Assembly (NCBI GenBank): GCA_003599255.1
Contig: QZJF01000021.1
Location: forward strand, 2,287 to 66,286
Direction of reading: 5' to 3'
DNA: 64,000 nucleotides
Source: a candidate division WWE3 bacterium
Lineage (GTDB): Bacteria > Patescibacteriota > WWE3 > UBA101185 > UBA10185
Below the pieces are notes generated by a model. The model did no database searches and was not told where the DNA came from. It saw only the letters and a program-made list of their open reading frames with translations. Positions 1-9,631 of the stretch are shown piece after piece. Numbering within the stretch: position 1 is the first letter of the stretch; the number at the start of each line of letters is the position of its first letter. Both the position numbers and the translations under genes were made by a program.

Positions 1-350
1 TCACCAAGATCTTCACCCAAATCGCTTGCTTCTCTGATAGCAGCTCCTACGGTTTTACCCGTCAGTGACAATACATCACCACCGGTTTCAGCAATTGCCG
101 TCAAAACTCCACCGACAGTGCCTGAAACTACATCAACCAAACTTCCGCCCACTGACGATGCGCTTTCCAGTCCTCCTCGGATAACACTTTCTATTGTGTC
201 TATACCTTGATTAGCTATATCACCTACTCCTTGCAATGCTGCTACTGCCTGATCCTTAACAGAATCTCTGACTGCATCTAATACGTTATCTACTCCCTTA
301 ACCGCATTGACTACCGCGTTCATTGTTTCTTCTACTAATTTTGCTAACAC
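1..350 (-). CDS. Ala/Gly/Val-rich helical hypothetical protein, runs off window start (MLAKLVEETMNAVVNAVKGVDNVLDAVRDSVKDQAVAALQGVGD...)
   Basis: Not in ORF track; read by hand. GTG at 350 preceded by SD AAGGAGGTGAT; frame open to position 1. Confidence 0.8.
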   Translation of the reverse strand, partial: MLAKLVEETMNAVVNAVKGVDNVLDAVRDSVKDQAVAALQGVGDIANQGIDTIESVIRGGLESASSVGGSLVDVVSGTVGGVLTAIAETGGDVLSLTGKTVGAAIREASDLGEDLG

Positions 351-410
351 GAAATCACCTCCTTTTTTTCAAAATTTTTGATTTCAAACTTGTATAATAA
401 TTATACATAT

Positions 411-902
411 ATGACTACTCTTACCCATACCGTAACCGGACTTGCACTGGGAAAACTTATGTTTAACAGCATCGGAGCACCTGCCTTTTACATGGATGAA
501 ACAACTTTTGTTTTATATTCGGGAATAATTTCAAACTTTCCGGATCTGAATATGTTGTGGAAACGCAATTTACATACTCATCACGATGATCTCACACACT
601 ATCCGGTTATACCTTTTGTTTTATCGATGCTATTTCTGGTTCTTTCTCGGTTTTTAATAATTCCTAACGAGTTACTTATTTTTCCCATATTGTGGCTGAT
701 ACATTTATTTCTGGATTTATATGGAATCAGAGCCGGAATTCATCTTTTTTGGCCCTTTAACAGGCATGAGGTATCTCTAATCAAACTGGAAAAAATCGAA
801 AAAGCTTCTATTACCAAGAAAATAGACATTGCTCTAAGCAATGGTCAGGTAGTATTTGAACTTGTCGCTTTGGCTGTCAGTATAACTTTCCTTTTGACCT
901 AA
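411..902 (+). CDS. Membrane-bound metal-dependent hydrolase (YdjM-like)
   Basis: TH near N-terminus, FPDL, H..LTH, HLFLD and G..LFWPF motifs; ATG 411 follows TATAAT 393-398. Confidence 0.75.
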   Translation: MTTLTHTVTGLALGKLMFNSIGAPAFYMDETTFVLYSGIISNFPDLNMLWKRNLHTHHDDLTHYPVIPFVLSMLFLVLSRFLIIPNELLIFPILWLIHLFLDLYGIRAGIHLFWPFNRHEVSLIKLEKIEKASITKKIDIALSNGQVVFELVALAVSITFLLT

Positions 903-922
903 CACGCTATAGGGTGTATAAT
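894..922 (+). promoter_or_regulatory. Sigma70-type promoter with CTATAG in spacer
   Basis: TTGACC(894-899)-17 nt-TATAAT(917-922); CTATAG at 907-912. Confidence 0.7.
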
Positions 923-999
923 TTCCGCATCCCAAAAAGAAACTGCTGATATCACAGGAGGTGAATTATGTCTTAATCCCAATATAGGAGGTTAAGACA

Positions 1000-1284
1000 A
1001 TGGTTCTTTACACTGACCGCCGCGATGGCCGGTCATACAAGAAAGCAGTTGAAAAAGTAGAGTTCAATCGGGCCCGGTCTATGCGCAAATCAAAACGCGA
1101 TCTTTCCAAAAAGATTCGCCGCTATCAAGGGTTCATTCCTGATGGAAACGCTTACCGGAAACTTTTCGGTGGGTTTTTCTATTATGACTGGATTTACGAT
1201 ATGCGCTTTGACAATCCCGATAAACTACTCGAAAAAGATATTATTACTTATGGCTACAACGGAGAAAACTACCTTTCCAAGTAG
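1000..1284 (+). CDS. Small basic hypothetical protein (94 aa)
   Basis: SD AGGAGG before ATG, own promoter and terminator, K/R-rich. Confidence 0.75.
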   Translation: MVLYTDRRDGRSYKKAVEKVEFNRARSMRKSKRDLSKKIRRYQGFIPDGNAYRKLFGGFFYYDWIYDMRFDNPDKLLEKDIITYGYNGENYLSK

Positions 1285-1291
1285 CCACGAT

Positions 1292-1340
1292 GGCCGGAAT
1301 GTTAATACCACACCAGGTAAAGACTTTCCGGCTGTTTTTT
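1292..1340. terminator. Hairpin terminator between convergent genes
   Basis: GGCCGGAA...TTCCGGCT followed by T run. Confidence 0.6.
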
Positions 1341-2545
1341 TATTCGTATCTTAGAGCCTCTATCGGTTGAAGTCTTGCCGCTTTTTGTGCAGGATACCAC
1401 CCGAAGAGTATACCTATTAGTGCCGAAACACCAAAAGCCAGTCCAATTGCATTGACTGATATTACAAAAGACATACTCATTACTTTTGTCAGCAAATAAG
1501 AAACACCCACTCCCAACATTACACCTATCAGTCCGCCTGTTATGGTTAGGACAATTGCTTCGATCAAAAATTGGGTAATTATGGCTTTTCGTTTAGCACC
1601 CAATGCCTTGCGTATACCAATTTCTCTTGTACGCTCCGTTACTGTAACCAACATAATGTTCATGATACCTATTCCGCCTACAACCAAGGATATTGCTGCA
1701 ATTCCGGTTAGTAGTGTGGTAAAGGTTTGTGTTATTTCATTTGCGGTTTCCAAAATATCGCTCTGAGAACTTATGGTAAAATCTGCATCTTCCGGTTTTT
1801 CAAATCCATGTCGCTCCAACAGGAAAAAACCAAGTTGATTTTCTGCCGCATTCATTAATGATTCTTCTTTTGCGCTGACATAAATGCTTGAGACATGACT
1901 TACTCCAAACAATGACTTTTGTGCCGTGCTTAAGGGTATGAAGATATTTCCGTCAGTTCCAAACCCTTTAGATTTGATGATTCCGATAACTTTAAATGCG
2001 GTTCCGTTGATTCGCACGTTGCTTCCGATAGGATTTTTATTCTCAAACAGATCTTCTATAACATCCGTTCCTAAGACGGCTACCTTGTTCTGCAGCTCCA
2101 GATCGTCATCCGTAATAGGAAAACCGTACTCAATTTCTATATTGTTTAAGTCAAAATAATCCGAAGTTATTCCTAATATTGAAACATTTGTATTATTTCC
2201 TTCAAAAACTACCTGTGTCTGAGCAGAATATACCGCGGCTACCTTATCTATTGTGGTAAATCTCTTCGAAGTTTTTATGGCTTCGGCATCTTCGTTTGTC
2301 AAAGTCGTTACACTGCTACCGCCCCGCAGGAATCCCTGTTGATTTGATCCGGGACGTATTGTAAGTAGGTTTGAACCCAGTGATTGAATTCTTTCCTTGA
2401 CGCTTTGCTGACTGGCTGCACCTAATGACATAAGAGATATTACTGAGCCGATACCTATAATTATGCCCAGCATCGAAAGCGCGGTTCTTAGTTTATTTGT
2501 TTTGAGTACGATTACACTTTCTTCAAATATTTCGATTAATTTCAT
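1340..2545 (-). CDS. MacB/FtsX-family ABC transporter permease
   Basis: GIIIGI N-terminal TM, GGIGIMNIMLVTVTERTREIGIRKALGA signature. Confidence 0.95.
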   Translation of the reverse strand: MKLIEIFEESVIVLKTNKLRTALSMLGIIIGIGSVISLMSLGAASQQSVKERIQSLGSNLLTIRPGSNQQGFLRGGSSVTTLTNEDAEAIKTSKRFTTIDKVAAVYSAQTQVVFEGNNTNVSILGITSDYFDLNNIEIEYGFPITDDDLELQNKVAVLGTDVIEDLFENKNPIGSNVRINGTAFKVIGIIKSKGFGTDGNIFIPLSTAQKSLFGVSHVSSIYVSAKEESLMNAAENQLGFFLLERHGFEKPEDADFTISSQSDILETANEITQTFTTLLTGIAAISLVVGGIGIMNIMLVTVTERTREIGIRKALGAKRKAIITQFLIEAIVLTITGGLIGVMLGVGVSYLLTKVMSMSFVISVNAIGLAFGVSALIGILFGWYPAQKAARLQPIEALRYE

Positions 2546-3219
2546 TTTTTTTCCTCGTCTTTTTGAATTTTACCGTCAACTAAAGTAATTACTCTTTTTG
2601 TTCTGGATGCTACCGCTTCTTCATGAGTTATGATTATTATCGTGTGCCCTTCGTTGTTTAGCTTTGAAAATATATCCATGATTTCATGAGTTTGACTGGT
2701 AGGAAGATTTCCGGTGGGTTCATCCGCAAGTATGATACTAGGTTTCATAGAAAGAGACCGGGCGATGGCTACTCTTTGTTTTTGGCCACCTGAAAGCTGA
2801 TTTGGCATGTTGTTAATCTTATCTTTTAGTCCGACCGCCTCTAAAACTTCTTTTGCACGTTCGACTCTTTCTTTTTTGGATAAGCCTGCGTAGACCATTG
2901 GAAGAGCAACATTTTTAAGTGCACTTGTCCTTGCTAACAAGTTATATGCTTGAAATACAAAACCGATTTCCTTGTTACGTATATCAGCTAGTTCATCATC
3001 AGACATGGCTTCCACATTTTTTCCGTTGAGAACATATTTGCCTGAAGTTGGCACGTCCAGAGCGCCCAAAATATGCATGAGTGTGGATTTTCCTGACCCT
3101 GAAGGTCCCATAATGGAAACAAACTCCCCGTGTTCAATCTCAAAACTTACTCCATCCAGGGCCACTGTCTTTACATCTCCGTTATTGTAAGTTTTGGTGA
3201 TATTTTCTATTTTAAGCAT
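2542..3219 (-). CDS. ABC transporter ATP-binding protein (MacB/LolD type)
   Basis: Walker [14 protein letters not shown], Walker [11 protein letters not shown]. Confidence 0.95.
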   Translation of the reverse strand: MLKIENITKTYNNGDVKTVALDGVSFEIEHGEFVSIMGPSGSGKSTLMHILGALDVPTSGKYVLNGKNVEAMSDDELADIRNKEIGFVFQAYNLLARTSALKNVALPMVYAGLSKKERVERAKEVLEAVGLKDKINNMPNQLSGGQKQRVAIARSLSMKPSIILADEPTGNLPTSQTHEIMDIFSKLNNEGHTIIIITHEEAVASRTKRVITLVDGKIQKDEEKK

Positions 3220-3220
3220 T

Positions 3221-4447
3221 TTATCTTCCCGGAAATGCTCCCGGTCCCATCATTATTCTCTGTGAACCGCTGTTGCCATTGTTAAAACCTGATGTAGGGA
3301 GTGTGTTCAAAATAACTTTTTGTCCTACCTCAAGTCCGGAAGTTATCTCAGTAAAATCCGTTGTTCTTATTCCAATTTTGATTTCTGTTTTTTTTGCTGC
3401 GCCGCTTTCTTGTACCTGAACATAAGTTTTTCCTTTTTCCGCAATTAGTGCTGCTGTAGGAATGTATACAACATCTTTCTTTTCCTCAATAATTATTTCC
3501 GCGTCAACTCCCATGTTCGGAAGAACCAGATCAGATTCTTCATCAAACTTAACTATAACCGGATAGTTTGAGACTCCGCTGGACAAAGAACCGATTTTAT
3601 CTATCCCAACCACTTCTCCCATAAATACTTTGTTATCAATACTGTTCAAGCTCAATTCAACTTTCTGCCCTACTTTTATTTTGTTTATATCGACTTCGCT
3701 TATATTAACTGAAGCTATAGGTGCGCCTTCATTTTTTATTGAAGCCACAGTGCTGGAGGTTCTTTCAGAAAGTGAGTTAGTTATGTCCATTCCTTCAACA
3801 ACAACTATATTCGCAATCATTCCGGATCCAGGAGCAACTATCACCGGCGATTGCGCCTGATATGTCAACCAGGCTTTGCTCAGATTCGATTCTGCTTGTG
3901 ATATAACATCTTTTTGCAGGTCATATATTGTTTTTGCGGAATTGTATGTATTTTCAGCTAAAGTGTAAGCGATCCGTTCATCATGGGATTGATAACTGTT
4001 GCTCTCTTTTTCATCCTGAAATGCCTCTTCCGCATTTATTAGATCCGATTCAAGTTTGTTGTATTCGTTTTTAGCTTTCTCCAGTGAAGTTTTTGCAGAT
4101 AAATACTGTGACCACGCCTGTGTTCTACTCTCCTCACCTTCAGAGTTAAGCGTGATTTCCATTATTTTTTGGCCTTTAGTGACGGTATCCCCCTCTTTTA
4201 CATAAACCTTTTTCACAATCCCGTTTACACTGGTTGTCACAGCAAGGTAGTTAGCCGATTCAATTTGACCTGAAACCGAGACGGTTGATTTGATGTCGCC
4301 TTTCTGAACATCCACAACAACCTTCTCCTGTGTTCCGGAACTTGTGACGTCAGATCTTGATTTATTCCATAGGATAACCCCAATACCAATTAATAAAACT
4401 ATTGCCGACACAACTATTATCTTTTTGTTCTTAATTCTAATCATCAT
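3221..4447 (-). CDS. MacA-like periplasmic adaptor (membrane fusion protein)
   Basis: N-terminal TM, lipoyl-like VKEGDTVTKGQ, coiled coil, operon with ABC genes. Confidence 0.9.
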   Translation of the reverse strand: MMIRIKNKKIIVVSAIVLLIGIGVILWNKSRSDVTSSGTQEKVVVDVQKGDIKSTVSVSGQIESANYLAVTTSVNGIVKKVYVKEGDTVTKGQKIMEITLNSEGEESRTQAWSQYLSAKTSLEKAKNEYNKLESDLINAEEAFQDEKESNSYQSHDERIAYTLAENTYNSAKTIYDLQKDVISQAESNLSKAWLTYQAQSPVIVAPGSGMIANIVVVEGMDITNSLSERTSSTVASIKNEGAPIASVNISEVDINKIKVGQKVELSLNSIDNKVFMGEVVGIDKIGSLSSGVSNYPVIVKFDEESDLVLPNMGVDAEIIIEEKKDVVYIPTAALIAEKGKTYVQVQESGAAKKTEIKIGIRTTDFTEITSGLEVGQKVILNTLPTSGFNNGNSGSQRIMMGPGAFPGR

Positions 4448-4489
4448 ATTACGATCATATTTACCAATTCTGAGAAAATGCTGAAAATA

Positions 4490-5254
4490 TCAAATGTTTG
4501 AGTAATCAAAGCAATATTTTGCACACTTGGACAGGATCTCATTGGTCATCCGCTTATCCTTTTGGTCATCTGACAAGAATGAAAAGATAAATGGCGATTT
4601 AGAGTATACAACACCTACTTCGTGCATGGCCTCCGGCAGTGAACCGTACTTTCGCGGAACTTTAATATCGTTGGGAAGATACAACGCGATTCTGGTTCTA
4701 TCCAGCTGCTCATTCATATAATCAAGAATTTCTTGTGATCCCGAAAGTTTGTGATTATAAAGCATTTCCAGAAGTGATGTCATATCGTTTGCTGTAGTAA
4801 GGTTAGGCCCCCTGCCGGCTTTAATCATCATTTTGTGTCTGAAGGTAGTATCTCTTAATCCCAACTCCTGAGTGTATTTTTCAATCGATTCCCATCCAAC
4901 CAGGTCAATAATCTGATTCGTAGCCGAATTGTCCGAAACAATCAACATAAGTTTTACAAGATCAATGGCTGGATATTGTATATCACGAGAAAGATGTTTA
5001 ATCACTCCTGCCGCATCCACAAAGTTATCTTCCGAGACCATAATGCGAGTTTGTGGGTCAAATTTACTTTCAGAAACTTGCCTGAAAAACTCACATGCAA
5101 TAGGGACTTTTATCACACTTGCGGCCCAAAGTTGCAGGTCGGGATTATGCTCAAATATATCTCCGGTATTTAAGAATTTAACTTTCAGAGCTACATGTCC
5201 TTCAAGTTGATTTAGTTCGTTTTTTAATGTTTCGATTAGTTTTTTAAAAGTCAT
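4490..5254 (-). CDS. Class A beta-lactamase-like serine hydrolase
   Basis: AASVIK (SxxK), SDNSATN, KYG (KTG-like); no signal peptide evident. Confidence 0.85.
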   Translation of the reverse strand: MTFKKLIETLKNELNQLEGHVALKVKFLNTGDIFEHNPDLQLWAASVIKVPIACEFFRQVSESKFDPQTRIMVSEDNFVDAAGVIKHLSRDIQYPAIDLVKLMLIVSDNSATNQIIDLVGWESIEKYTQELGLRDTTFRHKMMIKAGRGPNLTTANDMTSLLEMLYNHKLSGSQEILDYMNEQLDRTRIALYLPNDIKVPRKYGSLPEAMHEVGVVYSKSPFIFSFLSDDQKDKRMTNEILSKCAKYCFDYSNI

Positions 5255-5961
5255 TTTAATTTTTCAGGATATGTAACTCGTGTAGATAGAATTTCAAATC
5301 CCCTCGCTGATAATTGTACTACAGCGTTACCTGCGCACTTGTCCGGTACGGTTACAGTGTCACCTGATAGTTTATTATTTTCTGCATAAATATCCTCCGC
5401 AAGTGACATTTTCTCGATAGGTTTTGTGGCGTATTCAAAATTTCTGCCCCGTACTATAACCTTTGTAACACCCATTTGTGCCAACTTTGATCCTAAGATA
5501 TCCCAGTTTTTTATTTCCGTTTCGTGCTTTCTGACAAAGAGATCTTCAGTGTTTTCAATGCAGGGCACGGAAGTATCTTGAAAAGTCGGAATTACATACA
5601 CTTTTCCCTTCATTAGTTTTGAGTACATCTTACCGTATTCGTCGATATTCCACTCAAATCCCGGCGGGGCTTCAATGAAAGAAAGAACCGGTATATTTTC
5701 CGGGTTTATTGATGACAAGGCCTTATCTCTTATCTGTTTGTATTCTTCGGATTTCGGTGATGTATCACCTGTTTCATTGTAGTGTGAATGAATCCATATT
5801 TGCACTGTACCGTTCGAACCAACAACTTTTCGTCTGAAATCAAACTGGTCTTCCTCGTCCATATTTAGAAAATCGGTCAGTATAAGTTCACCAAATTTCC
5901 GCTCTTGTTTAGTAGAGGTTTCTTGAATTTCAAAGATTTCCGGTGATTGTGTTTCTATCAT
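5251..5961 (-). CDS. Hypothetical protein
   Basis: 236-aa ORF with 4-bp overlaps to both neighbours. Confidence 0.75.
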   Translation of the reverse strand: MIETQSPEIFEIQETSTKQERKFGELILTDFLNMDEEDQFDFRRKVVGSNGTVQIWIHSHYNETGDTSPKSEEYKQIRDKALSSINPENIPVLSFIEAPPGFEWNIDEYGKMYSKLMKGKVYVIPTFQDTSVPCIENTEDLFVRKHETEIKNWDILGSKLAQMGVTKVIVRGRNFEYATKPIEKMSLAEDIYAENNKLSGDTVTVPDKCAGNAVVQLSARGFEILSTRVTYPEKLK

Positions 5962-6674
5962 CGTTCTTTATTTGCCCAGTACTGATTGGATAAGAAAAGA
6001 CTTTCAAAAGTCCCTGCGTCATTCCAAAACCCTGGCAGTTCGGACCATTCCAATAAATTATCTTCTATGTAACTGTTATTTAAGTCCGTGACTTCAAGTT
6101 CACCTCGAGCGCTGGGTTTCAGTTTTTTTATTCTTTCAAAGACAGTGTTGTCATAAATGTACAGACCGGTAACACCGTAATTGGATTTAGGATTCTTGGG
6201 TTTTTCTTCAATAGTTAATATGTTTTTATTTTCGTCAAATACAGGTACGCCGAATCTGTTGGGATTATCTACCTGTTTTAGAAACACTTTCGCACCTTTT
6301 TTAAAATTCTCAACATCTTTTTTTATGTCTGCGTCTGTTGTGTTGTCTCCAAGAATAACCACAATATTGTCATTATCCGCAAAACTCCCACCGCAGGAAA
6401 TTGCACCGGAAATTCCCGAGATGGACTCGTCTTGAAATGCGTACTCTACTTTTTTTAGTCCGAATTCTTCACCGTTTCGTAAAACATTAATAAAATCTCC
6501 GGAATGCGGTTCGCTTACAACAATTAGAATGTCCTTAATACCGGTATTCACCAGTGTTTGAATCGGGTAATAAATCATCGGCTTGTTATATATAGGTAAT
6601 AGGTGTTTATTTGTTGCCCTAGTTAAAGGGTACAGACGGGTTCCTTTTCCGCCTGCGCATATGATTCCTTTCAT
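5958..6674 (-). CDS. rmlA: Glucose-1-phosphate thymidylyltransferase (short form)
   Basis: GGKGTRLYPLT, KHLLPIYNKPMIYYP, EEKP, PSARGELEVTD. Confidence 0.9.
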   Translation of the reverse strand: MKGIICAGGKGTRLYPLTRATNKHLLPIYNKPMIYYPIQTLVNTGIKDILIVVSEPHSGDFINVLRNGEEFGLKKVEYAFQDESISGISGAISCGGSFADNDNIVVILGDNTTDADIKKDVENFKKGAKVFLKQVDNPNRFGVPVFDENKNILTIEEKPKNPKSNYGVTGLYIYDNTVFERIKKLKPSARGELEVTDLNNSYIEDNLLEWSELPGFWNDAGTFESLFLSNQYWANKER

Positions 6675-6685
6675 ACGTGGGACTA

Positions 6686-7306
6686 TTATATCAGTTTGTC
6701 AGTGCCAAAATTTTGGTAAAGAGCGTCAATATAGTCTGTTACCTCTTTAATCCCTTTTAACGATTCAGTTACTTCTTTTATTTCCTCTGCTACTTCTTTT
6801 CCGAATCCGATTCCGCTTACAAATTTGTCTACAGTTGTTAGATCCGGTTGAACCGCAAAATATGTTTGCAGTATTTTATGCCAATGTGAAATATGTTCTT
6901 CACTCAGTCCAAAACTCAACTCCTCCTCGAGTACGTTGTCCAGCATACTTTTGTAGCTGTCCCAGTCATTTACTTTGCTGTAAAGAACAATGTCCTCCAA
7001 AAATTTTACTGATTGGGTAATATATTTTGACTTTGGGCAAAATTCATATATGTTTCTGCTTAAAAGAAAATTTTCTCTGACGCGGTCAACAAAAGAGTGA
7101 AATTTCAAACCGGCTTTAAATGGGTCAGACCCCATAATATCCTGCATCGAAACATCAGGAAAGTGGGTTTTACTTCTGTCAATTTTTCCGAGATATCTTA
7201 TGTCTGGAAAGCTCGTCCCCACAATGAAGTGAAGTCTGTCTTTGTCGGAGAATTGAGAATTATAGATTTTTTCAAATAATACTATGTGGGTTATTGGAGC
7301 TGCCAT
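6686..7306 (-). CDS. Hypothetical protein, possible zinc-dependent hydrolase fold
   Basis: MAAPITH..., GTSFPDIRYL, HSFVD; start moved to ATG 7306, 6 nt after TATACT. Confidence 0.7.
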   Translation of the reverse strand: MAAPITHIVLFEKIYNSQFSDKDRLHFIVGTSFPDIRYLGKIDRSKTHFPDVSMQDIMGSDPFKAGLKFHSFVDRVRENFLLSRNIYEFCPKSKYITQSVKFLEDIVLYSKVNDWDSYKSMLDNVLEEELSFGLSEEHISHWHKILQTYFAVQPDLTTVDKFVSGIGFGKEVAEEIKEVTESLKGIKEVTDYIDALYQNFGTDKLI

Positions 7307-7335
7307 ACAAAAAGTATAACAATTACAATGGGAAA

Positions 7336-8337
7336 TCAAACATTTTGAGAATAGAATTTTTCCGCTACTTTTTTTGCTTCATTCCAGAATTCTTCATTAT
7401 TCTTGTACCATTCGACAGTTTTTTCCAATCCAGTCCGCAAAGTCAGCGTTGGGGTCCAACCCAGCTCCTTATTTAATTTAGTCCAATCTACAGAGTATCT
7501 CTTGTCGTGACCTGGCCTGTCCTTAATAAACTCGATATAACTTTTGTCTTTTCCTGTTATTTCCAGAAGCATCTCAGCCAATTCCAGATTAGTGATATCT
7601 TTTGTTAAACCTCCTACCAAGTATGTTTCCCCAACTCTTCCCTTTTCTATAATGGTTTCAATTGCTATGCAGTGATCCTCAACAAAGAGCCAGTCTCTAA
7701 TGTATTTTCCATCACCATAAATCTTAATCGGAGTATTTTGCAGAAGATTAGTAATTGAACGTGGAATAAATTTTTCAGGACTTGCAAATGGTCCATAGTT
7801 GTTTGAACAATTTGAAGTAGTTACCGGAAGTCCATATGTTGCATAATATGATCTCACCAGATGATCTGAAGCCGCCTTAGAAGCTGAGTAAGGACTTCTG
7901 GGGTCGTATTGGGTGTTTTCTGTGAACTTCTCTTCTCCTTCCAAAGATAATTCTCCAAAAACCTCATCTGTAGAAACATGATGAAATCTTTTAACGTTGT
8001 TTTTTAATGCTGCTTCTAATAAGCTGTGAGTTCCGAAAATATTTGTCTTTAAAAATATCTCAGGGTTTTGTATGGACCTGTCAACGTGAGACTCCGCCGC
8101 AAAGTGAACGACAACATCTACACCCTTCATTATTTCCTCCATTGCAGGGTAATTGCATATGTCTTCCTGAATAAAGTTGTACCTTTTGTTGCCGGTAAGA
8201 AGATTGTTAACTTTTTTATTCGCGGCATAAGTAAGTTTATCCACATTTATAATTTCATCTTCCGGATGATTTTTGACATATCTGAGAATAAAGTTTGTGC
8301 CAATAAACCCACAGGCACCTGTTATTAGTAATTTCAT
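7336..8337 (-). CDS. rmlB: dTDP-glucose 4,6-dehydratase
   Basis: TGACGFIG, DKLTYA, HFAAESHVDRSI, STDEVFG, YSASK, DRPGHD. Confidence 0.95.
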   Translation of the reverse strand: MKLLITGACGFIGTNFILRYVKNHPEDEIINVDKLTYAANKKVNNLLTGNKRYNFIQEDICNYPAMEEIMKGVDVVVHFAAESHVDRSIQNPEIFLKTNIFGTHSLLEAALKNNVKRFHHVSTDEVFGELSLEGEEKFTENTQYDPRSPYSASKAASDHLVRSYYATYGLPVTTSNCSNNYGPFASPEKFIPRSITNLLQNTPIKIYGDGKYIRDWLFVEDHCIAIETIIEKGRVGETYLVGGLTKDITNLELAEMLLEITGKDKSYIEFIKDRPGHDKRYSVDWTKLNKELGWTPTLTLRTGLEKTVEWYKNNEEFWNEAKKVAEKFYSQNV

Positions 8338-8768
8338 TAGTTTAGATGATATTTAGGCAGAGCGTCCTCAATAACTTTTTGTACATTGGGCAATAGATTT
8401 AATTCGGTTAGTTCACTTACTTTAACCCAAACAGGTTCATTTTCCTCATTTCCTTTTAATTCACCGGAAAAGTTATTGCACAAAAATGTTTGCAGTCTAA
8501 AATGCTTTATACTCCCGTCTTTTCTTGGAATATCGGCCTCATATGTAAAAGGTAGCTTCTCAAGATTTTCTACGGTAGTTTCCAACCCTGTTTCCTCCTT
8601 TAACTCCCTTGCTGCATTCTCCGCAAGCGTTTCGTTGTCACTTAGACGTCCAGCAGGAATTCCGTATTTTTCGCTTTCGTGCTCAGCCTTTGCCAAGTGC
8701 TTAACAAGTAATACTTTTTCGAACTTAGGGTCAAAGATAACTACACCAACAGTTTCAATTGTTACCAT
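8337..8768 (-). CDS. NUDIX hydrolase
   Basis: Nudix box GRLSDNETLAENAARELKEETGL; likely start 8768 (6 nt after TATAAT), 8774 possible. Confidence 0.9.
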   Translation of the reverse strand: MVTIETVGVVIFDPKFEKVLLVKHLAKAEHESEKYGIPAGRLSDNETLAENAARELKEETGLETTVENLEKLPFTYEADIPRKDGSIKHFRLQTFLCNNFSGELKGNEENEPVWVKVSELTELNLLPNVQKVIEDALPKYHLN

Positions 8769-8780
8769 GCGCATATTATA

Positions 8781-9086
8781 TCAGTTTGGATTGTCTTTAC
8801 TTTTTCTAGTATTAAACCACCCGATACCAAAGATAGTCGAAATAAAGACAGTTTCTATAGGAATTACATAACTTGTCAGGGTACAATCAAAGGTTTTGCA
8901 GTCAACGCAATCCATTATCGGGGCAAGATAGTTATTTAAATATATAGTCCAAAGTATAGATCCCGGTCTAAAACCTATCGGCGGACAACCACAGCATGTA
9001 AATGGACTAATTTTTAGAATAGATATGATAAGTGTCGTCACTAAAAAGATTACCGATAGTGATAAGTACAAATGATTCTTTTTCAT
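8781..9086 (-). CDS. Small two-TM membrane protein with Cys-rich loop (101 aa)
   Basis: Start moved to ATG 9086 to avoid tRNA overlap; CCGCPP and CVDCKTFDC between hydrophobic segments. Confidence 0.6.
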   Translation of the reverse strand: MKKNHLYLSLSVIFLVTTLIISILKISPFTCCGCPPIGFRPGSILWTIYLNNYLAPIMDCVDCKTFDCTLTSYVIPIETVFISTIFGIGWFNTRKSKDNPN

Positions 9087-9097
9087 ATGATAATGCC

Positions 9098-9173
9098 TGG
9101 TGGGGAGGGTGGGAATCGAACCCACATAGCCGGTTTTTCAGACCGGTGCCGTGACCGCCTTGGCTACCGCCCC
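9098..9173 (-). tRNA. tRNA-Phe(GAA)
   Basis: Anticodon arm CCGGT-CTGAAAA-ACCGG, T loop TTCGATT, encoded CCA; one C:U mismatch in acceptor stem. Confidence 0.9.
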
Positions 9174-9227
9174 GGAAACTAACCAATTTTATCAATATAT
9201 ATAGGGAATTTCCATAATCTATGTGGA

Positions 9228-9261
9228 AAACCTATTAGGAGGACAGGATCCTAATAGGTTT
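9228..9261 (-). terminator. Hairpin downstream of 63-aa ORF
   Basis: AAACCTATTAGGA...TCCTAATAGGTTT perfect 13-bp inverted repeat. Confidence 0.65.
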
Positions 9262-9282
9262 AATGTTGCAGTCAGTCAGAGA

Positions 9283-9474
9283 TTATTCCGTAGTAGAAAC
9301 TGGAAAATCATCATCCTTAAAACTGCAGTTCTGCGCTCCCGCAGAAGTCATCGTGTGGCGGAAAATCAAATATACTTTTCCGTCTAGTTCCTTGGTGCCG
9401 GGGGCTTCCATAACATCGCCGCATTTTGGGCACCTGTAGGTCATCAGATCGTCAATTTGATCATCAGGGGGCAT
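9283..9474 (-). CDS. Small putative zinc-binding protein (63 aa)
   Basis: CPKC...H...C; SD AAAGGAG, upstream TATAAT, downstream hairpin. Confidence 0.75.
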   Translation of the reverse strand: MPPDDQIDDLMTYRCPKCGDVMEAPGTKELDGKVYLIFRHTMTSAGAQNCSFKDDDFPVSTTE

Positions 9475-9525
9475 CTTTACTCCTTTCGGTCGGATAAGGT
9501 GTGGGTATTATACAAGATTTTTTAA

Positions 9526-9600
9526 TGGAGCGGGAAACGGGGTTCGAACCCGCGGCCTCTTCCTTGGCAAGGAAGCGCTCTACCACTGAGCTATTCCCGC
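9526..9600 (-). tRNA. tRNA-Gly(GCC)
   Basis: GCGGGAATAGCTCAGTGGTAGAGCG...TTGCCAA...GGTTCGAACCC...TCCA. Confidence 0.97.
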
Positions 9601-9631
9601 TAACTGTGGTAAACGTAAAGAATTATAGCAT

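Noticed and set aside
4490-5254. True antibiotic-resistance beta-lactamase
   Set aside because: No signal peptide and no clear omega-loop ExxLN motif; more likely a beta-lactamase-like serine hydrolase.
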